DNA of 64,000 nt. It comes from Terriglobia bacterium (GTDB taxonomy: Bacteria > Acidobacteriota > Terriglobia > 20CM-2-55-15). Location: assembly GCA_965198225.1 (NCBI GenBank), contig CBDAOY010000007.1, positions 320,001-384,000 of the forward strand, written 5' to 3'. Shown piece by piece: positions 28,624 through 40,073 of the stretch. Position 1 is the stretch's first letter; each line of letters opens with the position of its first letter. Below the pieces are notes generated by a model. The model was not told the origin of the DNA. It worked only from the letters and a program-made list of their open reading frames with translations, and did no database searches. A program made the translations under genes and the position numbers.

Positions 28624-29117
28624 GCGACCACCTCCTTGTCGGAACCCGATCCGTTAGCCGCCATCGCCTGCGCGGCACGCTTGATGGCAGCCTGAATGCG
28701 GTAGTACGTCATGCAGCGGCACAGAGTGCTGTTCATCCATTCCCGGATCTCCGCATCGGCCGGATTCGGATTTCGGTCCAGAAGCACCTTGGCAGCCATG
28801 ATCTGCCCGTTCTGGCAGAAGCCGCACTGCGGGACCTGCTCGTCAATCCAGGCTTGCTGCACGGGGTCTAACCCGCCTTCTTTCGATAGCCCTTCGAGCG
28901 TGGTGATTTCGCCTTCAATGCGAGAAGTCGCCGTGACGCACGACCGAATCGCCTCACCATCTACGATCACTGTGCACGCTCCGCACTGCCCGAGTCCGCA
29001 ACCAAAACGTGGACCTTGCAGGCCGAGATCATTGCGCAGGATATAGAGCAGCGGAGTCGACGGGTCGATATCAAAGGTGTGTGTTTCGCCGTTCACCTTC
29101 AATGTGACGTTGCTCAT
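28620..29117 (-). CDS. (2Fe-2S)-binding subunit (IorA/CoxS-like)
   Basis: GCGLGQCGACTV, QCGFCQNG, LCRC; ATGA overlap with the Mo subunit. Confidence 0.93.
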   Translation of the reverse strand: MSNVTLKVNGETHTFDIDPSTPLLYILRNDLGLQGPRFGCGLGQCGACTVIVDGEAIRSCVTATSRIEGEITTLEGLSKEGGLDPVQQAWIDEQVPQCGFCQNGQIMAAKVLLDRNPNPADAEIREWMNSTLCRCMTYYRIQAAIKRAAQAMAANGSGSDKEVVA

Positions 29118-29245
29118 TTTCTCTCCTGCCGAATGGGTGGACGGATCAAACGATAGCGCCGCGCGAATGAGGGCCGCGGCCACTTGATGATAACGACAAA
29201 CACTAGATGACGCACGGAATACGATACACGCGAAAAAGAAACTCT

Positions 29246-31517
29246 TCAGAAGCTGAACAGATGGGTGAACTTGACGCTCAAGGCTCGATTCAGATCACTG
29301 TTCCCGCTGATACCGCGGCTCTCGTTGTAGACGATGAAGAAGTCGCTCAGGGGATGGTGAATCAAACGGAACCGGATATTCGAGGTGAGGGCCCTCGAGT
29401 CGGTGTTGTACTGAATGAGATTCTGCAGGTACATCTTCGGGGAAAAGGCCAGGGTCAACCGCAGCCGGACAAGATCGGTCAGGAAATCTCCTTCCGGCAG
29501 ATTGATCTTGTTGCGCGACCAGTTCAGTTCCGCTGCCAACCGTGCACTGTGCCGGTAGGTCCCCCCCAACCGGAACTCTCTGCGAGTTCCGGTCCAGAAG
29601 TCCCCGAACCGGATGTTTCCGCCGAGAGAGATCCGTCGACCAGGCGATGACGATGCGTTCAGGTCCCAGTCACCGAAGGAGTAATCACCCGGACGCAGGT
29701 CGATGTCGCGACGAATCTCGAACGCCTCGACCAGCCGTTCGAACGTCTCGTTCCGATTGAGCCGAATCGAATCGCCGTCCTGGGTCATGACGTTGAATCC
29801 GGCCCGGTGGGTTCGCGTGAGCAGCCGATTCATCTGGTCCGTAACGTAGTTGCTTTCGAAGGACGGAAACACCTCCCGTATGAAGCCCGAGCGGGGGCGG
29901 GGTCGGACGCCCGAAGACCTGGCTTTTTCGGATAGCCGGCCGGGGCACGAAGCCGAGATCATTCTGAAAATCTTCCTCGATGGTCAGATACGACGCGCGG
30001 AAGGTGTAGAAGGGGTCGCGATAGGAGCCTTCGAATCGCCCGGCCAGGTTGCGGTCATCTGAACCCGGCGTCTGGCTCTTCATGGCGAAACCCGAAAAGG
30101 ACAGCCGTTGGTTCAGGAACCTGAAGTTCGCATCGAGGCCCCCCGAGCGGTTCCAGTCTCCTGGAGCGCTGGAATCCCGGTTGAAGAGAAAGGTTCCCAC
30201 GTCGGAATTGGACAAGACTTCCCGGCGCAGCCGCACCACGGTCCAATTGTCCGCGGCGACCTCCCCCTGGCTGCCGACCTGTATGTTCAGAAAACCGACA
30301 TTCCAGCCCGCGAGTTTGCCCGTCAGCCGGGCCCCGACGCGAATCGGCAAAGGCTGGGAGTCCGGCCCCAGCCCGATGCGTCGGCTGAAGAACGGGATGA
30401 TGTCGCGTCCGCGGGGGGCACGGCCACCTCGGCCGCCCCGGCCGCCTCCACCTCCGAACCCTCCGGCGGAGCTTCCGATGTCGAAAAGACCCGCATTTTC
30501 GAGAAAGAACTCCCGCTTCTCCGGGAAAAACAGGCTGAACCGTGTCAGGTTGATCTGCTGTTCGTCGGCTTCAACCTGTGAGAAGTCGGTGTTCACCGTC
30601 AGATCCAGTGTGAGCTCCGACGTGACGCCGTACTTGACGTCGAGACCGGCATCGACGTCTTGCTTGTTGAGGAAACCGGTGGTGACATCGGGACGGTAGT
30701 TGCCCACCAGGAACGGCTTGACGTAGAGATTGCGCCCTTGCTGGATCCCTTCCAGCCCCTCCAACGTTCCAGCGATGAACACATTGAAGATGTTGAACGG
30801 ACGCGGGCCGGGGGACCAGAGGGACCGCTCGTTGCGGGAGCGATAGGTTCTCATCACGTTGAAGCCCCAGCGTTGCTCGGGGTTCGCATCCGAAAAACGG
30901 AGGGTCTTGAGAGGTATCGCGAACTCGCTGGTCCATCCCGGAGCTCGGACGTCGGTCGCTACTTCGTAGACACCGTCCCAGTCCTGGTTGCGGTTGCTGC
31001 CTGTGACCTGCTGGTCCCGCTTTGCGCCTCCGGGATTCGTCTGAAACACGAAGCCGTTCCGATCATCGTCAAAGGTGTCGAACATCAACGAAATGACGTC
31101 TCCGGCGCCGGGCGCGAAGTCTTCCGTCAGTTCGTTGATGATCAGCGGGCGCTCCTGGTGGCATACCACGCCGACATACAGGTTCTCGTCGTCATAGAGC
31201 AGACGAAACTCCGTTTCCTCACTGGCCGGGAAGCCGGTCCGTGGCTCCAGCTGATAGAAATCGCCGCCCAGCTCGGCCTGCTGCCAGGCTGCCTCGTCGA
31301 GAACGCCGTCGATGACTATCCGTTCGGAAGTTCGGGTCGCTGTGTAGACCCTTTCCCTGCGGAATGATTCGTAGTCCGTGATCCGGGAGAGCGGGGGTTC
31401 GTCGCCGTCCGTTCCCTGGCCGAAACCGGCAGAGGCGCATGTGATAAGAAAAATGGCCACGCCGGTACCTCGCCCCAGCAGGCGAGCGGTATCCTCTACG
31501 AAATCGTGAATCCGCAT
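29246..31517 (-). CDS. CBM9-like + DUF5916 outer-membrane protein, frameshift near 29915
   Basis: 'IVIDGVLDEAAW', 'TVNTDFSQVEADEQQINLTRFSLFFPEKREFFLE', 'FFSRRIGL'; C-terminal half in ORF 29246-29962 ends in F. Confidence 0.8.
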
Positions 31518-31788
31518 AGCATCGATGAGCGGTCCGGCCCGTGCTCCCTAACCTTTTTCGTGGGAAGAACTCGCACAAAATGTTACGGAAGGAACGAGTT
31601 GAACGCAATCAAACTGTCGCTTGGCCAGTCACTGGCTCAGTTAGCTCGCAACCGGCTATTCCGTTTGCCAGTGGGACCAGCGCAGCGATCACGGTTCCCG
31701 ACATGTGGATTGTCGCAGCCTGCTGATTCGCTTTTCCGGAGGCGAGGGTGGCGGTTGGAGTTCTCGGCTGGCGATACGAGAGGATGCC

Positions 31789-34482
31789 CTACGGAACGGG
31801 CACGCGTTCCCTCAGTTCTTCAAACCAATTCTCGACGATCCGAATGCTCGTCACTCGCTCCGCCCCCAGCCGGGCAGACTTACCCATCAGGAATCCTTGC
31901 CCGTCGGGGTGCATGTCATAGTTTCTGCTTACGGCGCCACTCTGGTATGCGCCGACAAACAGGGGCCTGGGGCGGCTGCGGGTGAAGGCGGGATCCGTGG
32001 TCACATCCACGACCATCTTTCTGTTCCCCGATGCGAAATAGTAGAGCTGTCGCCCGTCCGGCGACCACAGCGGTGCGTGCCCACTGTCGGTTGAGATGCG
32101 GAAGGCCCGCTCTCCGGCCGGGAAAGGCCGAACGTAAACCTCATCGCCGCCGGATTCATTGGAGGTATAAGCCAGCCAGTCGCCGTCTGGAGAGAACGCC
32201 GGGTAGGTCTCATCAAACTCCGTATCCAGGAACGGCCGCGGTTCGCTATCGTCCTTAATGGAGAGGGTCATGACATCGAAATTGAGGTTCACGCCAGTTT
32301 CCACGAAAGCCAGCACCCCGTCGATGGACCAGGATGCGGGCACCTGGAAAGCAGTGGTCTCAGTCAACCGTTCCATCCGGCCACTGCCGTCCGCGGCCAT
32401 CCAGTGCAGGTTGCCCATCCGGCCATCGATGTCCGATGAAAGAACGATCCGAGTTCCATCGGGGCTCCAGACAGGGAACCGGTTCTGACCCTCTGAAGTC
32501 AAGCGTGTCTGCACCTCCAGTTCAAGGTCGTAAACCCAGATCTGCGCTTCCCCGCCGGGCCCCTCAGCGTAGGCGATGCGCGATCCGTCAGGCGAGATTC
32601 GAGGATAATAACGACGGGCTTGCGCTAACGGTAGTGGGTGGATGTTCTCTCCCGATCGATCCACCCAAAGGAGCTGGCCTACAGCCATCGGGTAGACCCC
32701 GCCGTGAACATAGACCAGCCGGCCCTGTTCGGAAACGCTGAAGTGGGCCGCTCCTGTGTTGAAGAGATCGTTGCCGCCACGCTGCGCGTGCATGACACTC
32801 TCGACGACCACGACGGGATCTCCGGATACTTCGAGTCGGCCAACATCGAACCGAACCGCCATCAGCGTCCCGTTTCGGGCGAATACGATATGCCCGGAGG
32901 CGAGGTACCGGGGGGAGCTCCCTCCTTCAACCACCACGCGCCTTTCCCCGGTGTCGACAGCTTGGGCCACGATGTCCCAGTTGCTGGGGTTCAGTCTTCG
33001 GCTCACGTTGAACAAGACTGCTTGCCCCCCCGGCAGCATGCTCGGGTGGGCGTGCAGGATTTCCCCTTGATCGAGGGTGGTCAGCGGGCGCGGAATCCCG
33101 CCGTTTGCCGAGATCTGAACAAGTCCACTACCACTGGCGAACAGGATAGTGCCGTCTTCTGTCCAGCTGGCGCTCATGTTCATGTAGTCCGGTCCCGGGG
33201 CCGGCCCGATCGTGAGCGGTTCTCCGCCGTCGATCCCTACCCGCATCAGTTGGTTGCCAACAAAGAACCCTATGGATTGTCCGTCGGGTGCGAAGAAGGG
33301 ACTCGTTGCGCCGCTGGTGCCGGGAAGCGGCACGGCTTCCGTCTGATCCAGAGATCGCAGATACAAACGCCTGTCCTGCTCCGTTGTGGCGACATAGACC
33401 ACCTGTTGCCCATCAGGTGAAAGAGCCAGCGCTTGACGGTTCCGTCCGAAGAGACGCTGATCCGTCGAGAGCTCGATAGAAGCGCGCAGGAGCGGTTCCG
33501 GCGTGGGTGAGGGCAGATACCCGACGACTAGACCCGTGATGACGCTTGCCGTCACAACGGCGAGACCGACCGGGATTAGCGACCGTCGCCCTCGAGGCGA
33601 AGCGGTGGTTTCATCCGAACGCGGCGATTCCGACGCCGCCCGCTCGAGCTCGATCCGGACGTCACCGATATCTCTCTGGCGGTTTCGGAGGTTCTTCTCC
33701 ATACAACGTTCGAGAAGGTCGCGAATCCTCGACGGTGTTTCGTCGGGCAACGCATCCCAGTCCGGATCGCGTTCGATGATCCGGGCGATCGTATCGGTTA
33801 CGGTGACACCGGCAAACGGCCGCTCACCGGACAGCATCTGGTAGAGCACGCACCCGAACGCCCACGTGTCGGTCCGCTTGTCGACCTGCTGGCGTCGAGC
33901 CTGTTCCGGGCTCATGTAAGCCGGGGTCCCCACAAAAGACCCCTTTCGCGTTTCAACCGTTTCTGTGAGGGTTGCCGTCTGCGGGGCATCTGACTCGGAC
34001 TCTTCACCCGAAAAGGCTTTCGCCAGCCCGAAATCGAGGACCTTGACCTGTCCTTCATCGGTAATCTTGATGTTGGCCGGCTTCAGGTCGCGATGCATGA
34101 TGCCTTTATCGTGGGCGGCTTCAAGGGCGCCAGCGATCTGAACGCCGATCTGGAGGGACTCCCTAAGCGGCAGAGGACCTCCCGCGAGCAGTTCGGCCAG
34201 GGTGTCGCCCTCGACCAGTTCGAGAACTAGGAAGTGTACCGGGCCCGATTCTTCCAGACCGTAAATGGCTGAGATGTTTGGATGGTTCAGCGCCGCCTGG
34301 GCCCGTGCTTCACGCCGGAATCGGGCCAGTTGCTCGGGTTCCCGTGCGACCGCGTCAGGCAGGACCTTGATCGCGACATCGCGCCGCAGTTTCGTGTCGC
34401 GCGCACACCACACCTCGCCCATTCCGCCCTTGCCGAGAAGGGAGAGGATCTCGTAGCTGCCGAGTCGGGTCCCGGCCTGCAT
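31789..34482 (-). CDS. Ser/Thr kinase with TolB-like propellers (stand-alone)
   Basis: GKGGMG, VAIK, HRDLKPAN, DFG, YMSPE; TM; SPDG blades; lacks the ECF-type N-terminal extension. Confidence 0.95.
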   Translation of the reverse strand: MQAGTRLGSYEILSLLGKGGMGEVWCARDTKLRRDVAIKVLPDAVAREPEQLARFRREARAQAALNHPNISAIYGLEESGPVHFLVLELVEGDTLAELLAGGPLPLRESLQIGVQIAGALEAAHDKGIMHRDLKPANIKITDEGQVKVLDFGLAKAFSGEESESDAPQTATLTETVETRKGSFVGTPAYMSPEQARRQQVDKRTDTWAFGCVLYQMLSGERPFAGVTVTDTIARIIERDPDWDALPDETPSRIRDLLERCMEKNLRNRQRDIGDVRIELERAASESPRSDETTASPRGRRSLIPVGLAVVTASVITGLVVGYLPSPTPEPLLRASIELSTDQRLFGRNRQALALSPDGQQVVYVATTEQDRRLYLRSLDQTEAVPLPGTSGATSPFFAPDGQSIGFFVGNQLMRVGIDGGEPLTIGPAPGPDYMNMSASWTEDGTILFASGSGLVQISANGGIPRPLTTLDQGEILHAHPSMLPGGQAVLFNVSRRLNPSNWDIVAQAVDTGERRVVVEGGSSPRYLASGHIVFARNGTLMAVRFDVGRLEVSGDPVVVVESVMHAQRGGNDLFNTGAAHFSVSEQGRLVYVHGGVYPMAVGQLLWVDRSGENIHPLPLAQARRYYPRISPDGSRIAYAEGPGGEAQIWVYDLELEVQTRLTSEGQNRFPVWSPDGTRIVLSSDIDGRMGNLHWMAADGSGRMERLTETTAFQVPASWSIDGVLAFVETGVNLNFDVMTLSIKDDSEPRPFLDTEFDETYPAFSPDGDWLAYTSNESGGDEVYVRPFPAGERAFRISTDSGHAPLWSPDGRQLYYFASGNRKMVVDVTTDPAFTRSRPRPLFVGAYQSGAVSRNYDMHPDGQGFLMGKSARLGAERVTSIRIVENWFEELRERVPVP

Positions 34483-34729
34483 CGTTCGGTACCTCTGCGA
34501 GACTTAGGATATCTCGGTAAATACTACGAAGGGAGGGTGTTATCGTCAATCAATCAGTCACTTATCCGGGACACCGCGTGCCGCAGAACTCGAAGGCGGC
34601 CGCTGACCGGTCTGGGAAGCTTCTAGCCCTCAAACACCTTCAAAAATCCTGCAAGAGAATGTCGCCGATACCCGTAGACATATTCAACGGCAATGGAGCC
34701 GTGCGATCAGCTTAATCAAGCGAGGCACG

Positions 34730-34909
34730 ATGATTGAACTCAAAGCGAAGGATGACGTATCTCCAGTCTGTCCGAGTTGCTCCGAAACCATCACAGAGAT
34801 CTGGTTCCACGAGATCCGGGGCTTTCTTGGGCGTCGGTATCTCTATTTCTGTCCCCACTGCAGGAAGGTCCTGGGTGTCAGCCACCGCAAGGGTCTCTTC
34901 ATGGGCTGA
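34730..34909 (+). CDS. 59-aa zinc-ribbon protein (absent from the ORF track)
   Basis: GAGG RBS; MIELKAKDDVSPVCPSCSETITEIWFHEIRGFLGRRYLYFCPHCRKVLGVSHRKGLFMG with two CPxC motifs. Confidence 0.75.
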   Translation: MIELKAKDDVSPVCPSCSETITEIWFHEIRGFLGRRYLYFCPHCRKVLGVSHRKGLFMG

Positions 34910-35011
34910 GGCTTGCCGCCGACGAGGCGATCGGGGCGTCGGACTGATGAGAGTGCCACTCAAATTCGGCGAATGGTAGCCGTTTGGCATACCCTATGAT
35001 GGAGGGACGCT

Positions 35012-35476
35012 ATGGCTGGCTGGGAATCGAGCAGTGGAGAAACAGATCGCGACGATACGAGCCTCCAAGACGAACTGGAAGAGATATTCGAGAAACGACT
35101 ACGGCGCCGACGGACTATCAGCCTGGTTGCCTTTGGAGTCCTCGGCCTTGTTGGGGTCGTCGTGCTCGCTCCCTACATTCCTCGCCCCAACTTTCGCCCT
35201 CTCAACACGCTGACCATCGGTGAGGAAACCTCAATCGCGTTCACCTCCATGTTGGCGGTCGACGACGAGGCGTTCTCCTACATGACCGAGCTCCAGGCGG
35301 CCGGCGACAACGTCGGACTCAACCTGCTCGAGCGCGAGGGTCGCACTTTCATCCTGGACGGGGGAACTCGCGTCGTTGTTGTTGATCCGAGGTTCACAAC
35401 CGTCATGGTCCGGGCCCTGGAAGGTCGAAACGAGGGGAAAACCGGGTGGGTGCAGTTAGGACGACTGATACCCTAG
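35012..35476 (+). CDS. Membrane-anchored hypothetical protein with SH3-like C-terminus
   Basis: GGAGG RBS; one TM helix; 'GTRVVVV...VRALEGRNEGKTGWV'. Confidence 0.6.
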   Translation: MAGWESSSGETDRDDTSLQDELEEIFEKRLRRRRTISLVAFGVLGLVGVVVLAPYIPRPNFRPLNTLTIGEETSIAFTSMLAVDDEAFSYMTELQAAGDNVGLNLLEREGRTFILDGGTRVVVVDPRFTTVMVRALEGRNEGKTGWVQLGRLIP

Positions 35477-35513
35477 CACCAGCTCGATTCGCCACACCTC
35501 AGATTGACCCCCG

Positions 35514-35696
35514 TGTAGGTGCGGTCTATGACCGGAACCATTCATCAGCGTCGGGCCCACCGTCCCTCTCCTGACGAAAACTTGAGCGTTCAAGTACCGA
35601 TAGCAGTGCGCGGGTGTATGGAGAAAGACAGCTGGTCCGGTCCCCCCACGCCTCGCTCGAACTGAAAAGATGTGCGCTCATAGAGCGCACCTACAC
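35514..35696. repeat. REP doublet (GTAG-type, REPIN-like), copy 2
   Basis: TGTAGGTGCGGTCTATGACCG ... GTGCGCTCATAGAGCGCACCTACA between convergent genes. Confidence 0.8.
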
Positions 35697-35734
35697 CCGA
35701 GACTCGACGGTGAGTCACATGGCCAAATGGAGGG

Positions 35735-36742
35735 CTATCGCCTGACGTATCTACTCAGCCTTTGCGCTCCGACTTCGGCGCCATAGACGTTGCCGCCGGC
35801 GTCGACGGCAACGCCGTGCGCGCCCGTCTCGTTGGGATTGTTCGGATCGTACGCCGGATCCGGAATGAAAGCCGCAACCGATCCGTCCACGGTTTTCCCG
35901 ATCCTTATTCCTCTCGGCCATCCGGCGTTCCGTGCCGTGTTCGACTGGTTATCGGACACGTAAATCGTGTCGTCCTGGTCGACAAAAAGTCCGCTCGGCC
36001 GCCCGAACTGTCTCCACTGTGCAAGGAAGTTTCCGTCTTGATCAAAGATCTGGATCCGATTGTTGTCCCGGTCGGCGACAAACACCCGGCCTCTGGAATC
36101 CATGGCGAGGGCATGCGGCACGATGAACTCGCCCGGACCCGCCCCGGTTCCTCCCCAGGCCTTGAGAAATCGTCCGTCGCTTGAGAACTTGACCACGCGG
36201 TTATTGCTGTCAGCCTCATGACCATCCGAGACAAAGATGTCGCCACTCGGTGCGACCACGACATCGGTTGGCCCGTTGAAGTGGTCCGGCCCGTCCCCGG
36301 CGGTTCCCGCCCGCCCCAGCGTCATCAGAAGGTCACCGTCCGGGCTGAACTTGAAGACCTGATGACCTCGTCCACTGTCCCCCCGCCCGTCGGTCACCCA
36401 CACATTTCCGTCGTGATCCACATGGATACCGTGGGGCCATACAAATATCCCACCACCAAAGCTCTTCGAAAGCATGCCGGAGGAATCGAACAGGAGGATC
36501 GGTGAGATGCCGTCACGACCGACGCAACTGTTCTGGCCGCATCTTTCCGCGACCCACACACCACCGTCCGGCCCCACGTCCACTGAACTCATCGCCCCCC
36601 ATGTCCTCCCTTCGGGACTCTGTGTCCAGTTTGGAACGACGCGATACGGATTGTCCTGTTCGTATTCAGCCATTCCGAAGATGCCTGTCACCGCAAAGAC
36701 CGCTGCGAGCTGAGTGAGTCTGGATTGGCCCAAACGCGACAT
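35735..36742 (-). CDS. NHL-repeat protein (peptidyl-alpha-hydroxyglycine alpha-amidating lyase-like)
   Basis: 'WPHGIHVD..GNVWVTD', 'GEFIVPHALAMDSRGRVFVADRDNNRIQIFD'. Confidence 0.88.
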   Translation of the reverse strand: MSRLGQSRLTQLAAVFAVTGIFGMAEYEQDNPYRVVPNWTQSPEGRTWGAMSSVDVGPDGGVWVAERCGQNSCVGRDGISPILLFDSSGMLSKSFGGGIFVWPHGIHVDHDGNVWVTDGRGDSGRGHQVFKFSPDGDLLMTLGRAGTAGDGPDHFNGPTDVVVAPSGDIFVSDGHEADSNNRVVKFSSDGRFLKAWGGTGAGPGEFIVPHALAMDSRGRVFVADRDNNRIQIFDQDGNFLAQWRQFGRPSGLFVDQDDTIYVSDNQSNTARNAGWPRGIRIGKTVDGSVAAFIPDPAYDPNNPNETGAHGVAVDAGGNVYGAEVGAQRLSRYVRR

Positions 36743-37035
36743 GACAGTCCTTCTCTCCGAATTGGGGTTCGCGGCCTGGCAACCGTCGGGTCCACTCGAG
36801 TTGCGTGCTCGGTTCTATCTTCTGGCGTCTGGCCGAGCGAGTCGCTAGAGCATACGCAAGGCAGGGGTTGGAAGCAATCAAACCCGGGTGAAGCCCTACC
36901 CGGCACCTAGAACGCACCTGGAAATGCTTGCCAGGAACAACCCTCTTCGTCTAGCCTCTGCGGGCGGAAGGCGGCCGCTTGACGATGGGCCGACACGCCG
37001 TTGGCAGTCAATATCCGGCCAGAAAGGAACCGAAC

Positions 37036-38193
37036 ATGGCGCTAAAGGTCTCGGGCAGGGGCGCGATCCCTCCTTTCATTGTAATGGATGTCATGCAGGC
37101 GGCGGCGGAGAGGCAAGCCGAGGGCAAGTCGGTCTACCACCTCGAAGTCGGACAGCCTGGGACGGCGGCCCCGGCGGGGGTGCTCCAGGAAGCGCACCGC
37201 GCGCTCGAAAACCAGCGTCTCGGCTATACCGTTGCCCGCGGCGTACCGAATTTGCGTTCAGTGATTGCCCGGCACTACGAGAGCTATTACGGTGCGACCG
37301 TCGATCCTTCTCGGGTGATCGTGACTACCGGCTCGACCGGAGGATTCGTGCTGTCCTTTCTCGCGGCTTTCGATTCCGGCGACCGGGTCGCGATGGTGGC
37401 TCCCGGATACCCCTGCTACCGACATATCCTGTCGGTTTTCGGTATTGAGCCGGTACTGCTGCAGGTCGAGGCGGAGCATCGGTTCCAGCCCACCCCGGAA
37501 CTGCTGGAGGAGGCGATGCGGCAAGGCGGTCAGGTCGACGGGCTTGTGGTTGCGAGTCCCTCGAATCCGACCGGAACGATGCTCGACTCCGACGCCATGC
37601 GGGATCTCTCAGCGTATTGCCGGAGCAATGGCATCCGCCTGATTTCGGACGAAATCTACCACGGAATAACCTACGACCAAAAGGCGACGACGGCGCTTGC
37701 TTACGGAAACGAAGCCATCGTCATCAATAGCTTCTCCAAGTATTATTCGATGACCGGTTGGCGGCTCGGATGGATAGTCGTTCCCGAGGACATGCTGCGA
37801 GCGATCGAGTGCCTGGCGCAGAACCTGTTCGTATCGCCACCGACGCTGTCGCAGCTGGCGGCTGTGGCTGCCTTCGACTGCATTGACGAGCTGGACCTCA
37901 ACGTGGCTCGCTATGCGGCCAATCGCGCGCTTCTACTCGACAAGCTGCCGAAGGCGGGATTCGAACGTCTCGCACCCGTCGACGGCGCTTTCTACGTTTA
38001 TGCCGACGTCGGGAACATGACCCAGGACAGCATATCTTTCTGCAGCAGAATTCTGAACGAAACGGGGGTCGCACTTACTCCCGGTGTCGATTTCGATCCC
38101 GTGCGGGGTCATCGCTTCATCCGGTTTTCGTTCGCCGAATCCACGGAATCCATCTCTGCAGCCGCGACCGCCTTGATCGACTGGAAGCGCTAG
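37036..38193 (+). CDS. PLP-dependent aminotransferase class I/II
   Basis: SPSNPTG, SDEIYHG, NSFSKYYSMTGWRLGW; AAGGA RBS. Confidence 0.93.
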   Translation: MALKVSGRGAIPPFIVMDVMQAAAERQAEGKSVYHLEVGQPGTAAPAGVLQEAHRALENQRLGYTVARGVPNLRSVIARHYESYYGATVDPSRVIVTTGSTGGFVLSFLAAFDSGDRVAMVAPGYPCYRHILSVFGIEPVLLQVEAEHRFQPTPELLEEAMRQGGQVDGLVVASPSNPTGTMLDSDAMRDLSAYCRSNGIRLISDEIYHGITYDQKATTALAYGNEAIVINSFSKYYSMTGWRLGWIVVPEDMLRAIECLAQNLFVSPPTLSQLAAVAAFDCIDELDLNVARYAANRALLLDKLPKAGFERLAPVDGAFYVYADVGNMTQDSISFCSRILNETGVALTPGVDFDPVRGHRFIRFSFAESTESISAAATALIDWKR

Positions 38194-38290
38194 CCCGACT
38201 TCGTGAGAATCCGCACGGTCACCGACGGGGGCCTGTTATCTCGGGCGAGAGCCACGATACCGGTCGCGCTCGCCCTTTTCAGTGACGCGT

Positions 38291-39790
38291 ATGAAACCTG
38301 AGAAATCGAGCCCTGTCCCGAGGGCCGAAGATCAACCGAAGAAGTGGGCGCTGGTAAACACTCTCGGAGGACCGACGTTCTTTCTCCTGATGTTGGCGCT
38401 GCCGATCTCATCGATCGAGTTTCCCATTCGTGCCGCTCTCGGCCTGATGGTGTGGATGGCGTGGTGGTGGATCAGCACCCCGGTCCATCTGGCGATTACC
38501 GGCTTTCTGCCCCTGGTCACGGCTTCGCTGTTCAACTACGTGCCCACGTCCCTCGTGCTGCCCTCCTACGCCGGTGAGTTGATCATTCTACTGATCGGCT
38601 CCAGCATGCTGACCACGGTCTGGACGCGATGGGGTCTCGACCGGCGCGTCGCGTTGCTCCCGCTCCTGCTGGTAGGCACGAGTGCATCACGTCAGATTGT
38701 CGTCTGGTTCGTCGTCAGTGCCGCCCTGACTGCACTGCTACCGAACACCGTGGTGGCGGCGACGATGATTCCGATCGTGGTGGCAATGCTCCGGGCGATC
38801 GGCATTTCCGATCTATGGAACAACCGCTTCGCCACCGCGCTGGTCCTGGCCGTGGCATGGGGCTCGAGCGCGGGCGCATTTACGACCCCGCTGGGCGGCG
38901 CCATGAACCTGATCACGGTGCAGTTCGTTCAGGATACGGTGACCAGGCAGGAGTTCCTCTTCACGACATGGTTCACGCGGCTGCTTCCGCTGGCCGTCGC
39001 CGTCATGACGGTCTCGCTGCTTTTCATGCGTTTTGTGTTCGGCTCCGGCAATGGCGACATGATTGGTGAGGCCGACTCGCCGAAAGCCGCTGCGGAGGCG
39101 TCGCGTCAGCTTTTCCGGGACCAATGGAGAGCCATCGGCCCGATGTCGGTGCCGGAGAAGTGGGGGCTGTTCCTGTTTATTTCAGCAGCGTTGCTGGCGT
39201 TTACACGCCAGCTCTATGCATCTCTCCTTCCGTCGTTCACACCCGCTTTCGGTTTTCTCACTGTTGGAATCCTCTGTTTCGTGATTCGCCACGATGGCGA
39301 GCCGCTGGTCCGGTGGGGGTATGCCCAGCGAAAGATGATGTGGGGCCTCTTCTATCTGTTTGCGGGCGGCAGCGCGCTGGGCGTTGTTGTCAGCCAGACG
39401 GGCACCGCCAGGTACATCGCCGACCGGCTCATACCGTACGCGGAAGGCGGCGGTTTCATCGCCGTGCTGGTCTTCTCGGCAATGACCATGCTGCTCACAC
39501 AGACGACCAGCGCGGTCGCATCGGTTTCGATCACCGTTCCGGTGACCATCAGTACTTTCCAGGGCCTGGATATGAATCCGATTCCGTTCGTTTACATCGT
39601 AACCGCTGCTGCGAACATGGGATTTATGCTGCCATCCTCTGCCGCGGGCACGGCAGTAGCCGCTGGTTACGGGGTCAATCTGAAAACGATGCTCGCGGCC
39701 GGTTTCTGCCTGGGTGTTCTCGTGTTGGGTGTTCTGGTCCTGGTCGGTTACGCCCTCGCCGTGTTCTGGCCGGGGTTCGGGTTGGCATAG
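38291..39790 (+). CDS. SLC13/DASS family transporter
   Basis: Multi-TM; 'LPNT', 'TPLGGAMNL', 'GFMLP' hairpin motifs. Confidence 0.8.
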   Translation: MKPEKSSPVPRAEDQPKKWALVNTLGGPTFFLLMLALPISSIEFPIRAALGLMVWMAWWWISTPVHLAITGFLPLVTASLFNYVPTSLVLPSYAGELIILLIGSSMLTTVWTRWGLDRRVALLPLLLVGTSASRQIVVWFVVSAALTALLPNTVVAATMIPIVVAMLRAIGISDLWNNRFATALVLAVAWGSSAGAFTTPLGGAMNLITVQFVQDTVTRQEFLFTTWFTRLLPLAVAVMTVSLLFMRFVFGSGNGDMIGEADSPKAAAEASRQLFRDQWRAIGPMSVPEKWGLFLFISAALLAFTRQLYASLLPSFTPAFGFLTVGILCFVIRHDGEPLVRWGYAQRKMMWGLFYLFAGGSALGVVVSQTGTARYIADRLIPYAEGGGFIAVLVFSAMTMLLTQTTSAVASVSITVPVTISTFQGLDMNPIPFVYIVTAAANMGFMLPSSAAGTAVAAGYGVNLKTMLAAGFCLGVLVLGVLVLVGYALAVFWPGFGLA

Positions 39791-40073
39791 CTCCCGAACT
39801 TCGGGCAATTGGCGCCACCCGTTCTCCTCGGACAATCCCCGTGCCCGGGTTTCTCGACATGCCCCAGAACCACAACACATTATCGATGGCGAATACCATC
39901 GGCCAATACGACTGCCCGCACGGCGTCGGTCGAAGCGCACATCCACCAGCACAAAACCGCCGGAAGGATTGAACGCCCGGACGTCAACATGGATAGAATC
40001 AGTTTTGGTCTCCGAATGCGCTGGGAGCCGGAGATGCCGTAATTCGTATCACCTGCGTTCAAGGAGCTTTGGA

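Noticed and set aside
35735-36742. Peptide amidation pathway implied by PAL-like NHL proteins (also 61094-62245)
   Set aside because: No PHM monooxygenase or precursor peptide nearby; such NHL proteins are common and often multicopy
39714-40073. N-terminal extension of the 845-aa ORF
   Set aside because: Overlaps the SLC13 gene; RBS and signal peptide indicate a start at 40074
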